A stretch of 57,097 bases of DNA, the filler included, from Asterionella formosa (Eukaryota), in NCBI GenBank assembly GCA_002256025.1. It is 4 parts of 4 records of this genome, joined end to end, with 100 filler letters (N's around TTAATTAATTAA, not from the genome) between each part and the next. Parts side by side here need not be neighbours in the genome. Positions count along the whole stretch, not along the records: positions 1 to 14,212 come from NKIB01006151.1; positions 14,313 to 28,518 come from NKIB01006155.1; 2 more parts are not named here. One strand, 5' to 3'. Shown in pieces: positions 10,930 through 23,808 of this stretch (positions within the stretch are counted from its first letter, which is position 1; every line of letters begins with the position of its first letter). A program made the position numbers and the translations under genes. The notes beneath the pieces are model-generated. The model saw only the letters and a list, made by a program, of their open reading frames with translations. It was not told the origin of the DNA and did no database searches.

Positions 10930-12091
10930 TTTTTCTTGATGCAGTTTCAGTGATAAACCTTTCGATTTTATGAGGTTACTGTGTTACGACGAACGAATTA
11001 TATCAGTATTACCGGTAGTCCAGTGATGATAATGCATTCTACATTTGTAAGACAAAGATACAGGATGTAGATTTGATACCAATAGTCTACCGTTGGAGTA
11101 TGGTTTGTGACCCCGCGGTTACACATGATTGCGGGTTCTGTATTTTCCCAAAAGCCACACATCAAGTTGAGCACCATTATGACCCATGATAATTAGTGCC
11201 ATTATGAAATCATGTATCAAAGGACATGATGTCCGATGTCTAACAAGCGGAATGTCCGGACAAGACAAATATTGTCTGTTAGGGTTGGGGTTAGTGACCA
11301 GGGTTACACACATTCTTGCGGGGGGTCGACAATTATGTCCTTTGATCGCTCTCCTGTGCGCTCATCTGACCCCGACGGAATCTAGCTCTCCCCCGGTTAA
11401 AACCCCCAATCTTTTTGGATTGGGCGGTTTGAGATGGGGGGATGAGTTTGACGCTAAAATAGTTCCTGCCAAACCGAATTCTAGCCCAATAGTACCAGGT
11501 ACTAGTTACCCTGGTACCTGGTACTGTACTACCGGTATTCAAAACGATCATGCCACGAATGAAAGATAACCGATATCCGAGCTACCAGGTACCAGTAGCC
11601 AGATTTTATATTTTATAATTGAATCTACAGGCGTGTATATCTTAGATGTCCAAATCGCCATTTCGGAAATTTTAGAGCAGCTTGCAGTACCAGGCGGTAC
11701 CTTAGTCTGTGTTCGTAAATATATGTGATGCATGTACCGGTATGCATGCATCTGAAGATGTCAATTCTAGACTCCGACCGCTGTGGTATTGCTTGAGTCT
11801 AATATACGTACGTGCGTCCATGCGTACATGTAATTCACAGGATCAAAACACATACTACAGTGTGCATGAGCGTCCTCTTCTCTTGCTACCGGTAGTTTTG
11901 TTTTTGGGGAGATAAAACTCCACATTTCTTTTCTACCCTGTGTTTATGCAGCCAGATTCATGTCAGGAAAGTCATTTCATTTATCTGCTGACGTTGTATG
12001 GGCATACCGTATATCATCTCTATCCATTCCAGTGTGGTACCAGGTACCGGTAGGCACGTAGAGTACATGCATAGTATTGAACCTTTTCAAC

Positions 12092-12580
12092 NNNNNNNNN
12101 NNNNNNNNNNNNNNNNNNNNNNNNNNNNNNNNNNNNNNNNNNNNNNNNNNNNNNNNNNNNNNNNNNNNNNNNNNNNNNNNNNNNNNNNNNNNNNNNNNNN
12201 NNNNNNNNNNNNNNNNNNNNNNNNNNNNNNNNNNNNNNNNNNNNNNNNNNNNNNNNNNNNNNNNNNNNNNNNNNNNNNNNNNNNNNNNNNNNNNNNNNNN
12301 NNNNNNNNNNNNNNNNNNNNNNNNNNNNNNNNNNNNNNNNNNNNNNNNNNNNNNNNNNNNNNNNNNNNNNNNNNNNNNNNNNNNNNNNNNNNNNNNNNNN
12401 NNNNNNNNNNNNNNNNNNNNNNNNNNNNNNNNNNNNNNNNNNNNNNNNNNNNNNNNNNNNNNNNNNNNNNNNNNNNNNNNNNNNNNNNNNNNNNNNNNNN
12501 NNNNNNNNNNNNNNNNNNNNNNNNNNNNNNNNNNNNNNNNNNNNNNNNNNNNNNNNNNNNNNNNNNNNNNNNNNNNNNNN
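12092..12580. other. Assembly gap (489 N)
   Basis: Run of N. Confidence 0.99.
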
Positions 12581-14212
12581 AATTTCTCGCTGATTCTGCT
12601 TGCAACATCTTCAAGCAACCGCCAGGCTCCACCAAGACCCCTCACGACTCTGTCCTCAACGAAATACAAAACAACTTCAAGGCTATCCACTTGGCAGTGC
12701 GGCGTCGTAGTTCCATGGGAGCTTCTATCAGTGCAGTCACCAACCAGTACCAGTCGTACGGCCTCCTCCCCAAACCTCTTGCCGATACCCCGGCTCGTCG
12801 ATGCAGCTCCAGAGTCCGTAGAGGCAGTGCTGCTCCTGGTACCAGAAGTCGAGCTCGCTCAAGTGATGACGACATGTCTCGCGACAGCTCGGTGGTGTCG
12901 TCTGCCGCCTATGATAGTACCACAACTCCAACGTCTCGCCTCCTCGGGTCCAAAGATCGTCGTTTGGAACGAAAGGATGTAGAAGAAATGGACCGACGCA
13001 TGAAGATGCGTGTCACGGGGAGATCCAATAGAGTGTCTGCCATTCGCCATTTGCTATTGAATGATCATGATTCTAGTAATAGACTCCCAGGGTGCATGAC
13101 AAGAGCCAAGGAAATGGAACATGAACTCAAGGAACAATTTGAGAATGACATTAAACAGCGACACGAAAGGCGCTTGTCCCTATCGAATAGCAGGAGCCGA
13201 TCGCTCACTACTGGACCGCGCCGCCGAATATCACTCACGACATCACCAACAACAAACAATAGGTTGGACATGTCATCCTTAGACGATGACGACGATGAGG
13301 CAAATTGTCGCAACACAACGCTCCGATCTTGTTCCATCAACAACATTTCCAATTGTATCATTCAACGAGTTGTCGAATCGAAACCAGAAGAAAAAGAACG
13401 CCATCGGTACATGTTCCGGAGAGTAGGACGATCTTCGAGTGTACCGAGTATCCGGGATATTTCGGCAATTGTTATGGCATCATCAACATCCGATGACACT
13501 AACAAAATGAAAGAAAGTAAAAAGGTAACCAGACGCATGTTCATGCGAAGTAAATCTCCTTCTGCCGCTGTAGAGCAACAACGGCGGTACATGATGAAAC
13601 CCTCTAAGCATGAGGAACACTCACGTATAGTCAAAAAGACACAACACCGTAGCACGTCGCCCACTACACGAACTGTAATGATTGATTCGCCTATTGGAGG
13701 CTCTGACCCGATTTTGGAAAAGAAAACCAAAAAAAGAGAGGCGGTCAATGCATTGACAGACATTTGTCGCAGAATGAAGGGACATCGCAGCAAGTCACCT
13801 TCCCTTGTGGATAACCAAAAAGTAAACAAGAAAAAGGCGCTCACTCCGGCACAAAAGGAAGAAAAGGAACGTCGGAAACTGTTCAGGCGAAGTGGTAGAT
13901 CTTCCAGCGTTCCGAGTATCCGTGACATGACAGCTATCTTGGACAATGGGAATCCTGGGATACAAATCCGTCCATCAAGGCTGGTAAAGAGCCGCTCCCC
14001 TGATATGAAGGATATTTCTCGCAAAGCTCGGGCCCACCGCAGCAAGTCGCCATCAGTCGATGACCCAGTGAAGAAGAAGTCGCTCACTCCAGCACAAAAG
14101 GAAGAAAAGGAACGTCGACGTAAGAAGAAGGCACTTTCATCTCTTCGTGAGCCAAGAGACCGAGATTCTATTGCTCTGTTAGAAGACTGTGCAAATGCTG
14201 CCACGTTGGATG
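12581..14212 (+). CDS. Hypothetical basic Arg/Ser/Lys-rich, probably disordered protein; partial at both ends
   Basis: About 540 open codons between a gap and the scaffold end. Internal duplications EEKER...GRSSSVPSIRD (x2) and HRSKSPS...KK(A/S)LTPAQKEEKERR (x2). Confidence 0.7.
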
Positions 14213-14312
14213 NNNNNNNNNNNNNNNNNNNNNNNNNNNNNNNNNNNNNNNNNNNNTTAATTAATTAANNNNNNNNNNNNNNNNNNNNNNNNNNNNNNNN
14301 NNNNNNNNNNNN
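14213..14312. other. Artificial scaffold-joining linker (44N-TTAATTAATTAA-44N)
   Basis: Six-frame stop 12-mer at 14257-14268 centred in exactly 100 nt. Identical structure recurs twice more. Confidence 0.97.
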
Positions 14313-14689
14313 AATAGTCAACTGATAATGAGGACAATGAAAATACTGGTAGCCTTTGCTTGTGAATGATTTAATAATTATATATTTAATTATCTCCAGA
14401 CAATTTCATTTCTTTCGATGGCCTGTCTGTAGTGATGAACTAAATTAACTCTCATATTTATATATGCTTGCTTTTGATTCACTTAAAGTTGGAGCATCAA
14501 TAGACTAGTGTCCTCCACATTATCAAATTCAAAATCATTGTCAACAGCAAACTCTGCCTGTATTATTGTTTTCTAAAGCTTGAGCCATGCGATGCTGGTT
14601 CTTGTGTATCCATCAGATCCTCCCTAACCATCGTCATCATTCACTCCATCACCTCCATCTTCAACATCATTATCGCCAATCGATTCTTT

Positions 14690-15790
14690 CCAGTCATCAT
14701 ACCCACCATCACATAAAAGCAAAATTTTATTGTGAATACAGCATCAAGTAGTAATACTAGCAACATTGTTCCTACATTAGTACTTCCAGCTGCATAACCG
14801 CATTGGATTCTTGATGATCATGAACTTCTTCTTAAGAATGGCTGCCAAAGAAACATTTCACATCTTTTCTTGCTGATTCCAGATGATCTCTCCAAATCCC
14901 TTCAGCGGAATCATCGAGCTGATGTTTCTAAGGAGCTATCAACAGCTGATGAGGCCATGAATGATATCCTCCATCACAAATAAAATAGAAACCCTTCTCA
15001 ATTCCAACAGTTTCATTTTGTTTGTAGTACTCCCAGACACTTTTGCTCCAAATGCTTGCCTGAATTCATAAGTTTGCGATTGCGGCATCGAATCTTGCTA
15101 TGGTTTTGTCATTGTCACAAACAACATTTGAAACAGACAAAAAATCTCTATGTACTATGTGAAACCATGACTTGAAAGGAAAGAGTTTGTGCCTTCTCTT
15201 TTCTCTTTAATTGAGTGAGTAGATCAGCAGCCACGACAGCAATTCCGAAAGAAATGAACACAATCAATAGATCCAATGCAACCAGGGAATCCAAGAGTTG
15301 TGCTATAGTGGTCTTGAATACTATGTTTAATGGAATCAACTGAATCAGGAAACACAGTCCATGTGTTCTGTTTCAGGGTCATCCACTCAAAAAATCCATG
15401 AAAGCATATCCGGTGTTTTCTCTGCTGCTTCCATTTAGTTCCTCAAGTGAATCGAACGGTACATCCCTAGCCAGAACCCGCATTGTAGTACTACTAGCTA
15501 AGACAAGGATGCGACATTCATACAACTCTTGTCCCTTATTGTCGCTCTTAAGCAAACTCTTACATTTCCATTTGGCGTAGGACTATGCTAGTAATTTATA
15601 ATGACAAATATTCTGATATACGCATACAAGTATATAAATATGTGTGGAATAGTACATAAGTGAACTTGATTTTGTACCGCTGTGGTATGAGAACGATGAG
15701 ACAGCAACTCCCTTTTGACCATGACGAAATTCTTGGACTGAATTTCTCATCGAAAATTGACGTTGAAGTATTGCTATTTCGTACATGTAT
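14690..15790 (-). mobile_element. PIF/Harbinger transposase pseudogene
   Basis: Broken minus-strand peptides MRVLARDVPFDSLEELNGSSRE, LGFPGCIGSIDCVH, KEKAQTLSFQVMVSH, ESARKDVKCFFG/ILKKKFMIIKNP and CCIHNKIL match Plant_tran/DDE_Tnp_4 motifs. Many stops and frameshifts, boundaries approximate. Confidence 0.8.
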
Positions 15791-16879
15791 CTAGCCTAAC
15801 ATAGACGGGGTAATCGTTCAATTAGAATAATTTTCGCACCAATATTGACAACAAAAATTAGAAATTGCGACTAGAATTTGTTTTCGTCGTCGTTTGCTCA
15901 GTTTTCAAGATATGAACAAAAGCGAGAGATCATTGAGTCCGCGATGACTAGCTTAACAACTTTTACTATATGATTATTTCTATCTAATGTAAAAATGAAC
16001 GAGAAAACTTGAGCGACAGTAATTTCGGAGAGTGAACAACATCTCAAAATGCAAGAAAATACCTCAAGGTATAATTTTGTACCAAGTTTCATGTATGTAC
16101 TAATTGTCGTGGCTTTTATTTCTATGGAATTATGGAGTAGGTCATTTTAGAGTTTAATATAGACATTTATCCAGACATCAAATAAAACACTACTAGCTAG
16201 TTGTTCTATACGCGACTAGAATTTTCCATCGTGGTAATAATCACGAATTCCTTTGATTAATGTATTCTGCATATCTATTGCAACACTTTTGTGCAAATAG
16301 GCAATTAACTCGTTGATTGCAATTGTACTGGCTGGTTTGAATATATAGATTAAGAGTTCTTGGTCTAGTCAAATTCTGTTTTCAATGTTATTCTAGGTAT
16401 TTATTGCTTTGGGTGTGAAATCAATTTCCCAAACGTGACTGAAGTTTCTGACGAAAATTGTCTGCGTCGGGGAAATCAACGAATTTCTTGACGTGACTGA
16501 AAAAACTTGAGTCTCAGGAAATCAAAACCCGGAAAACTCAAGTTTCCGACGACACAAGTAACGGCCAGCCAAGGATGGTTTTCGGGAAAAAATTTGAGTC
16601 AGCCAAAAGTTATTTTCTGCTTACCACGCCGGAAAATATCTCATTCACTATTTGCAAGGCAGTCTTGTTCAGTAATTTGTAGTCCGAAACCGAATTCCCA
16701 AGATTGAAAGGCAGATATCATAATTCCCATTCCATCATCCTTGGGGACAATGGCTCCTTGTATTGGAAATCGTATGCTTATGGTTCCCTCCAAATGGTGT
16801 TCCTTTCAGCCTCTGTGGATCAACAGTGTCGACATGGTATTCAACAATATTGTCATCCTTTTATCCTGAACCCCTTGTT

Positions 16880-17850
16880 ACCTCACCCTTCTCTTCCATG
16901 AAAACTGCTTCCTCGGCTGGTATCTGAATCCATCTGTGCATCCTTTGTACATAGCCCAGATATCGTTGCAGAAATCCCATCGGTATTGAATTGTTGCAGG
17001 TTTTTCATGTCCATCAACATATATCCTTTCTTCATTGGTGCATATCGGAATCCTAGCCAAGTCATCCAGCGATAGACGGTGGCGGAGGGGCTAATGCAGG
17101 TAAGTCCAGCATGTGTGATTAGAATTTGTTTCAACTTTGACTTGTACCATTCCTCAGAGTCCAAGTCAAGTGCAACACTACTAGCTAACACTCTGCTTGG
17201 CCTCTTCCTCCTTCATGCAGATATCGGGGTTGGCATGCAGGAAGGGTGGCAGATCCTTGGAGTTCTTTACTCTCAGTTGGAATTTGTGGTGTTTTCGGAA
17301 ATTGCGGTACAAATTGGAGACGATGTGTGCATATGTGGCAAGTATTAGTCCTTAGTTTGTTAATCTCTTAACAGCAACATTGCAAAAATGTTCCCAGGTT
17401 CATATATTCATGTTTTCTTTTGCAAGTTGGTGGAGTGAGAAAGTAACAATGTATTGGCATTTTTGTTGGATGTTTCACTTGTGATGATGGGTGATTTCAT
17501 CTTCTTGGTTAATATGGTTGAGATTCTGAATAAATGGGAGGTATCCAGAGCTGGAGTTATTTGCTTGCCTGATGGTTTCTATTTCGTTGTCGATTGCAGT
17601 CATGGTGGAGTCATTTGGTAGGGGGTTGAAAATTTTCTTCTTGGCTTCAGGCGGGGAGACCCAATATGTTGTTGTTGTGGTTGTTTGTTTCTGGATGTCG
17701 TTCTTTTTGTTGCTAGGAACAGACAATGGCAGGGAGTATGATGACTCAAATGATGAGTCTAGTAGCTGGATGTGGACGTTGCTCAGCAGTCCCAAGTCTT
17801 CAACTTGAGACAATGAAGCCATGGGAGCTAGTTTCTGAAAACTCATCATT
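16880..17850 (-). mobile_element. Degenerate IS630/Tc1-mariner-like transposase fragment
   Basis: Peptides YWVSPPEAKKKIFNP, LYRNFRKHHKF, LPPFLHANPDIC, TVYRWMTWLGFRYAPMKKG/YVDGHEKPATIQYRWDF. Frameshifted, with an apparent internal deletion and no DDE core. Confidence 0.6.
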
Positions 17851-19593
17851 CCCCGCCGCCCCCTACTGGCAATAATAGTCTTCTAGTTGCTTCTTTGCAT
17901 TCTCCTTCTTGTTGTTCCTCACTTGTCCTTCTCCTTTTCCTTGAATTTAATTCATCTCCTAGACCAGTCATAGTAATTTTACTGTTTGAATTAAAGCCAG
18001 TATGTAGAGTAACTTCGTCATTCTCTGATAGTTGAGGTGAAGTACTATTACCACTAGCTACTAGATGAATTTACGTGGTGACCATCACGAACATTTAGAC
18101 CATCATTACCCCGACTTCCACTTTAGTAGCCTCTTCAATGGAAGACATTTCTCTTCCCATTCAGATGAATTCCCATCATATGTAGGAAGCTTAGGAACCG
18201 CTGATACTGTCTTTCCTGTAATGTAAATAAATCTTTGCCTACTTTTGCCCTTAATTTTGATACTCAGGTCGAAATACCATCACCTTCTTGCCTGTAGAAA
18301 TTGTGACCTTGTTTGGCTCCAAAGATTGATTTGGAAACACTTTATTGAGATACCATATCAATCTATTAGTATCATTAAATTGTATGTTATCGCCAAAAGA
18401 GTACTTTTTGTGAAGATATTATCTGAATTGATCGACCAGCAACCAAACACCATGAATGGCAGGGTCACTGATGGCAGCCATAATGGATATTGCTATAACT
18501 TTTTGAATATCATGTGAAAAGTGATTCCCCAAAAGCATTTCACTCATGACTATACAAACAACGAATCTAAAGGCCTTCGGGGAATCACTTTTGCACAGGA
18601 AATGGCGGCGATATTGAGCAACATGGTGAGCTGATTGAAGCAAAGAAATTGGCGCGATATTCCTTTCTACGGTAGGGATAAGGATAAAAATTTTACCAGC
18701 GCTACGTGGTGGGCTACTATAATTATTATTTTCGTGCAACCAGCCACCAGCCATTTAAATGTGATATGTGATGTATGTATACTGATGATATTGCAAATAG
18801 TATAGCGGTACCCCAGTACTATGCTGTTACATCTAGCATGATAATGACTGCGACCATGTATATAGATATGACGTTAGTACATATGCTTATATGCAGTATT
18901 GGCAAGGCAATCAGGGGGTAGTGGTTGTTGTTTGTTCATGTATATACTTCATAGGGACGATAAGGGTCATCTAGAAAATCTACCTGTATTCTTATTCGCA
19001 AATTCTAGTCAGCATTGTCAGAAAATTCTAGTCGCTGTCAGCAAGTTTAGCCCTAGTCAGCAAATTTTAGTAATTGTCAGCAAGTTCTAAATGTAGAAAG
19101 GTAGGATTCCCATGTGGTGGATTGTGAAGCTAGTACTAGAAGACAGTTTGCTGAACCCACCATTCATCAGTCATCAAATCAGAGCCATGTTCAGAGACTG
19201 TCTCTGCTCATCGTCATCAGTCCTCAATAAGAGTAACTTTTTCCTAAATTACTCAAGGAATGTTATATCATTCATCAAAAGCTGGCCTATCTTGTCTGGC
19301 AGGCATGAGATGATCCATTGGGAGTGCGTCGAAACTGAAAAGGGTTCGAATAAAAGGTGCGCTTGTCGAAGGTACATAGAACTGCATGGTACCTGGTACC
19401 TGGTACTAAAACTGCAATCATAATAATGTGTACTGTATCTATGCATGCATGTAAAATACCGGTAGTTGCTGCCCCACGTACAAAGGTATATACCGGTAGG
19501 CTCACTCTGCCCCCAGACAATGCTGGGGTGCGAAACGGCAATAAGAAGTAACTTTTTTCATTTCCACCCTCCTTTATATTCATCGCTCATCCC

Positions 19594-20726
19594 ATGATCA
19601 TCCCCTACAGCACGATTGTGCGTCGTCGCAGGACAATCAGTATTTCCGCACCAATTGCGTGTTCTGTGCTTGACCATGACATCATCCATTTAAGGCGGGT
19701 TAATCTAAGTGGGCGATCCTTGCTCTCGGACAAACGACCATTTCTTTCACAATTTCATCCAGGAACCTTTTGCAAAAGGGTATGTAGTTATGTGGCATTA
19801 TTTTACCTTATGATACTTTTATTTTCTCATCTCCCTCCTGTTTCAGGTGTTCCGAGTGTTGTTCAACAGCTGCGCACACACATTCTCCAAATTTTTCCAG
19901 GAGCAAATGCTGGAAGAACGCAAGAACGAAGATCTAGTGGACAAGGGGATACTGACGCCATACCTAGCTGATAGAATGAACGAAGAATGGGAAAAGGTAC
20001 GTCCACATCGCAATGATCCAATCTACAATCTGCTGTGATGCTCAATGTGTCGAAAGACCGTTGCTGAAATCCGATGCGCATGGTAACGTGCTTGAGGTCA
20101 AACTACTCTGCTGAGCGACAAGTCATTTATGTGCATCTATCCCTGTTTCTTTATCCGGTTCTGACAATTTTTCTCACTAGGAACAATGGGAAAATATTAA
20201 GAAAGATCTCCCAAGGAAGATTTTAAACTCCTTTCTCAAAACAAACGCTATCATTTTCGTTATGAGATGTTATGAGTGGGTAGCAGAGCAGTTAGTAGAT
20301 GAGATCAAGCTTGATAGGCTGACTTTGGATTCGTTTTATGAATCAAAACGAGTGGCACAGCGAGAACACACTCCTAGTCAGCACCGACGAGATATGACAA
20401 ACGTGGGCCTATGGTCCAGTGGCATTATGTACCTCGCAGATTATAGCGTGCATCAAGTCATTATTGGGTATGTGACCTACACGTTTTATCAGCGAAAGCG
20501 TCGAGAGCTGAGAGAACAAAATTCAGCCAGAGACGATATTTCACTGGAGGGAGGTGTCCTTCTCTCCTTTCTGAAGCAATCTTCCACGTTGCTTTTGTCG
20601 CGGAGCGCTTCATGGTACTGTTCCTCGGTTGGCGGTGCATATGGATCCGTAATGATCCCGGGTTGGGGCGTGTTCATTGGATCATCCATCGGAGACTCTA
20701 TTGGAGCGCTAGTGGATCAAACCTGA
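19594..20726 (+). CDS. Hypothetical protein with C-terminal glycine-zipper-like hydrophobic segment (3 exons)
   Basis: Exons 19594-19779, 19847-19996 and 20181-20726 join in frame via GTATGT..CAG and GTACGT..TAG introns. C-terminus SVGGAYGSVMIPGWGVFIGSSIGDSIGALV. Start codon uncertain. Confidence 0.7.
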
Positions 20727-21398
20727 TGGAATATTTGTTGTTCCCGGTGAATATACTCCAGTAATAAACTGAAGGCTACCCACCCGTAGCAGGTTCCCTG
20801 GTACCCGGTAAACTAATCTGTGCGTAACGTTGGTACAGGTACCTGGTGCTAAAATACTACATGCACAAAAATGGGATATTCTGCCTTTAATCATATATGG
20901 ATAATACGAATACTTCAAACTCGCGCCATTCCACCTTGCAACGGTTTATTAACCCTTTGTGGGTTTGAATATATTTATATGATGTCATTTGTAGCTACAC
21001 TACCGGTAGTGTTTAAATATTCTGTGGATCGTTATGTATGTAGATCCAATTACAGGCACTCGCCCGTCTCGATTGCGGTGGATTCTAACGAGGGAGAGCC
21101 AAAACGTCAGCATGTGCACTCCTGGTACATACATACGGAATACATTGCTGGCTGTGTTCCGTAATTGTCTACCGGTATTTCTGGTATACCGGCAGAACCA
21201 GGTACCAGTGCTCGGTAATACCCCACTGGCGGAGTACCAGTATGTAGTACCAGGTACCCAATGATTGCTCGACGAGGCAGACTTGGTTCCCATTTTACAT
21301 GTACGTAGCATGAAAAATTACCAACGGCTTATTCATTCAACGGGATTAGAAAGAAAGTCAATCTTGATTCCAATAAGGAGGTCAATAATACGAATAGC

Positions 21399-23212
21399 AT
21401 GATGTCGATACCTGCAAGCAGGGAAAGAAGGAATGTCAATAGATTAGTTTTGTTATTCCTCGCTTTCCTGACTCTCCTGTCGAGATCATCGTTGGTTTCA
21501 GCAGCAGACAACTATGACGGCTTGGACGATGCCGCCAATGGAGACGATGCCGCCAATGGAGACGACGCCTCTCAAGCGGCTGTTGAGTGGACCAAGGATT
21601 TCAATGAGGTCTCTGTCATGGCTGTATCATGCGTCAACTAGTAAGTGGGCTGTGTGATCCATTCTGGCTTCCATCCCCCCGTGCGTTCATATTCTTACCA
21701 CCCGACAATGCATTGCTCCATTTACCGGATTCCGACAGCAACAATGGACACATGATTAAGTTTGACTTTTACGACACCGCCTCCAGCTACCAGTGCCATT
21801 TCACTTCCCTGGGTGCCTACGTAGTATCGATCGCTCATTACATGCGAGCACACTTTAATAGGCAGGCGTTATTGTATGGAAGCGACTTTCGCCTTCCCGG
21901 TGATGCCGGATATTTGAATGTAAGTACAACAGGTATCCCTCTATCTGATGCGCTCTCGTTCAGATAATGTCAGAGGCTCAACTAATGTCTTTGGATCACA
22001 GTGTGTAATGCTCCAGGAGACGGAGTATGCAAGCAGAAAGCTGTATGCCAAGATTGGATGTATGCAACGTGAAACATATACCTCAACGAAGCTTCAGTTA
22101 CATGTATACATTGATTCTCAATGTTCAGTTCTTTACGATGACGGCGAAACTAGTAAGCGACACGCAACCAAGGGGTATGAGATCAACGGGTACTACTTCT
22201 CAACGCATGTTTCATTCCGACCCCCGTTCTACTCTTGTCAGACCTGTTCGCCTGATGAAGTGTCGGAAACGTTTAACAAAAAAGGCGGTAACTGGTATGA
22301 TGATGATTATATTTCGTCGTATGGAACGAAGAAAGATAATTCCGACACCACTGACGATAAAGCGAGTGACGCTGACAAAAAAGGAGACGACTACTTCAAT
22401 GATGATGCTAACCTGTCTAGCAACGATGATGTTGCGGCCACTGATGACGCCAAAAACAATGCTAATGGAGGCGATGACGGGAAGCAAAGTGGGTCCAAAT
22501 ACAATTTCAATGATGACTATTACAACGGCAATCGAAGAGAATTGCATTTTAGTGAAAACATCGAATTGCTGCCTGTTTTAGAGGCAATACCAGAGGAACT
22601 TGCTGTGAGTTCAATGCAACAAAAGCAAATAGAGTATCTTTTGGGAAATCGGCAATCTAATCATTTTTTTTCGCTTCGCAGGTATTTGAGACTAACTTTT
22701 GGAGAGAATTAGAACATCAGAAAGAACGATCATTATACGAAAACTACTATGACGTGGGAGACTGGAACATGTGTAATCAAATTCACAAATATGGAGTTTG
22801 GTGTAACGAAGAGTGCAAATCATTAGATGCATTCCGCGTCGACCAATGGTCCAAATCGGATATTTTCTTGCTTGTGATTATGTGTGTTTTTATGGCTGCC
22901 ATGATGTTGTTGGTAGTTGCAAAGAGACTTAAAGCTTCCCAGAAGGCTCGCCTTTACGGAGATGAAAACTACAAACCAGGACTCCCTCCGCTTGCCATGG
23001 GTGTCATTTTCTTTGTGATCATAACAACGATACTTGCTCTTGCCGAATTGAAATTTGTGAATGAAACTCTTGTGTTTGCCGTCGTTACGTGCATTCTTCT
23101 CTTTATCTACATGCTGAAATTGACTCTATTTGAGAGCCGTCGACCAGTTCTCTTAGCTGCCCCTAGACACGATTTGTTTGACAATCCCTTAGACGACCGT
23201 CTTTTTGACTAA
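21399..23212 (+). CDS. Silicanin-like diatom membrane protein (signal peptide, acidic Cys-patterned ectodomain, 3 C-terminal TM helices; 4 exons)
   Basis: Exons 21399-21640, 21739-21919, 22002-22604 and 22682-23212 join in frame via canonical introns. Motifs YVVSIAHYMRAHF, LYAKIGC, KLQLHVYIDSQCS, a D/N-rich stretch, RREL and ERSL (RXL), CNQIHKYGVWCNEEC, then WSKSD and TM helices. Confidence 0.75.
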
Positions 23213-23808
23213 AGATTTTTGAAAAGGGAGGCGAAAAGTTACGCTCGCAAAGTAAACAACCGGGAATAGATGTTTAGATTATTATGCCAGTTTTCTTGTA
23301 CTAAATAATTTAGAAATACTGTACTATCATCAAATCTTGCAAGTGAACCGTGCTTTTGAGCTTACAGTACCTGTTACCATGGTACCACCAGGTACGCTTG
23401 CATTTTGAACAGAGCTGTGTTGATACGGTTGAGTATTTCATACCTTAGTTCTGCTAGATTACCGGTAGTCTATACTCAATATCAATCCTATGAACTTCCG
23501 TAGAACAAGACTTGACAGCTCAGGTATAATTTACCGGTATAGGACATGGGGACCAACAACAGGCCATACATACGGTAGTGCGAGACCGGACCATCTACCC
23601 GGTACTACAATTATCAAGAACAAGACTACCGGTACCGGTATCGCATGCGACAAATTTGAATTCTACATATTTCTTTGACAAAGTGCATTTGTTTCTAATC
23701 CTTATCTTATATTGTTCATATCTTCCGACTAATTTTACTGAGACCCATCGACGACAAGGTACCATCCAGTTGATAGCAAATATGTATTGTTGTTCGATTT
23801 TCAAATGA

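Noticed and set aside
11279..11295. Telomere-like ttagggttggggttag
   Set aside because: Only about two imperfect units, too short to call an interstitial telomere.
13362..14204. 280-aa minus-strand ORF
   Set aside because: Antisense shadow of the longer plus-strand Arg/Ser-rich frame, with no recognisable motifs.
18245..18754. Short overlapping ORFs on both strands
   Set aside because: Interrupted, with no family signature I can identify.
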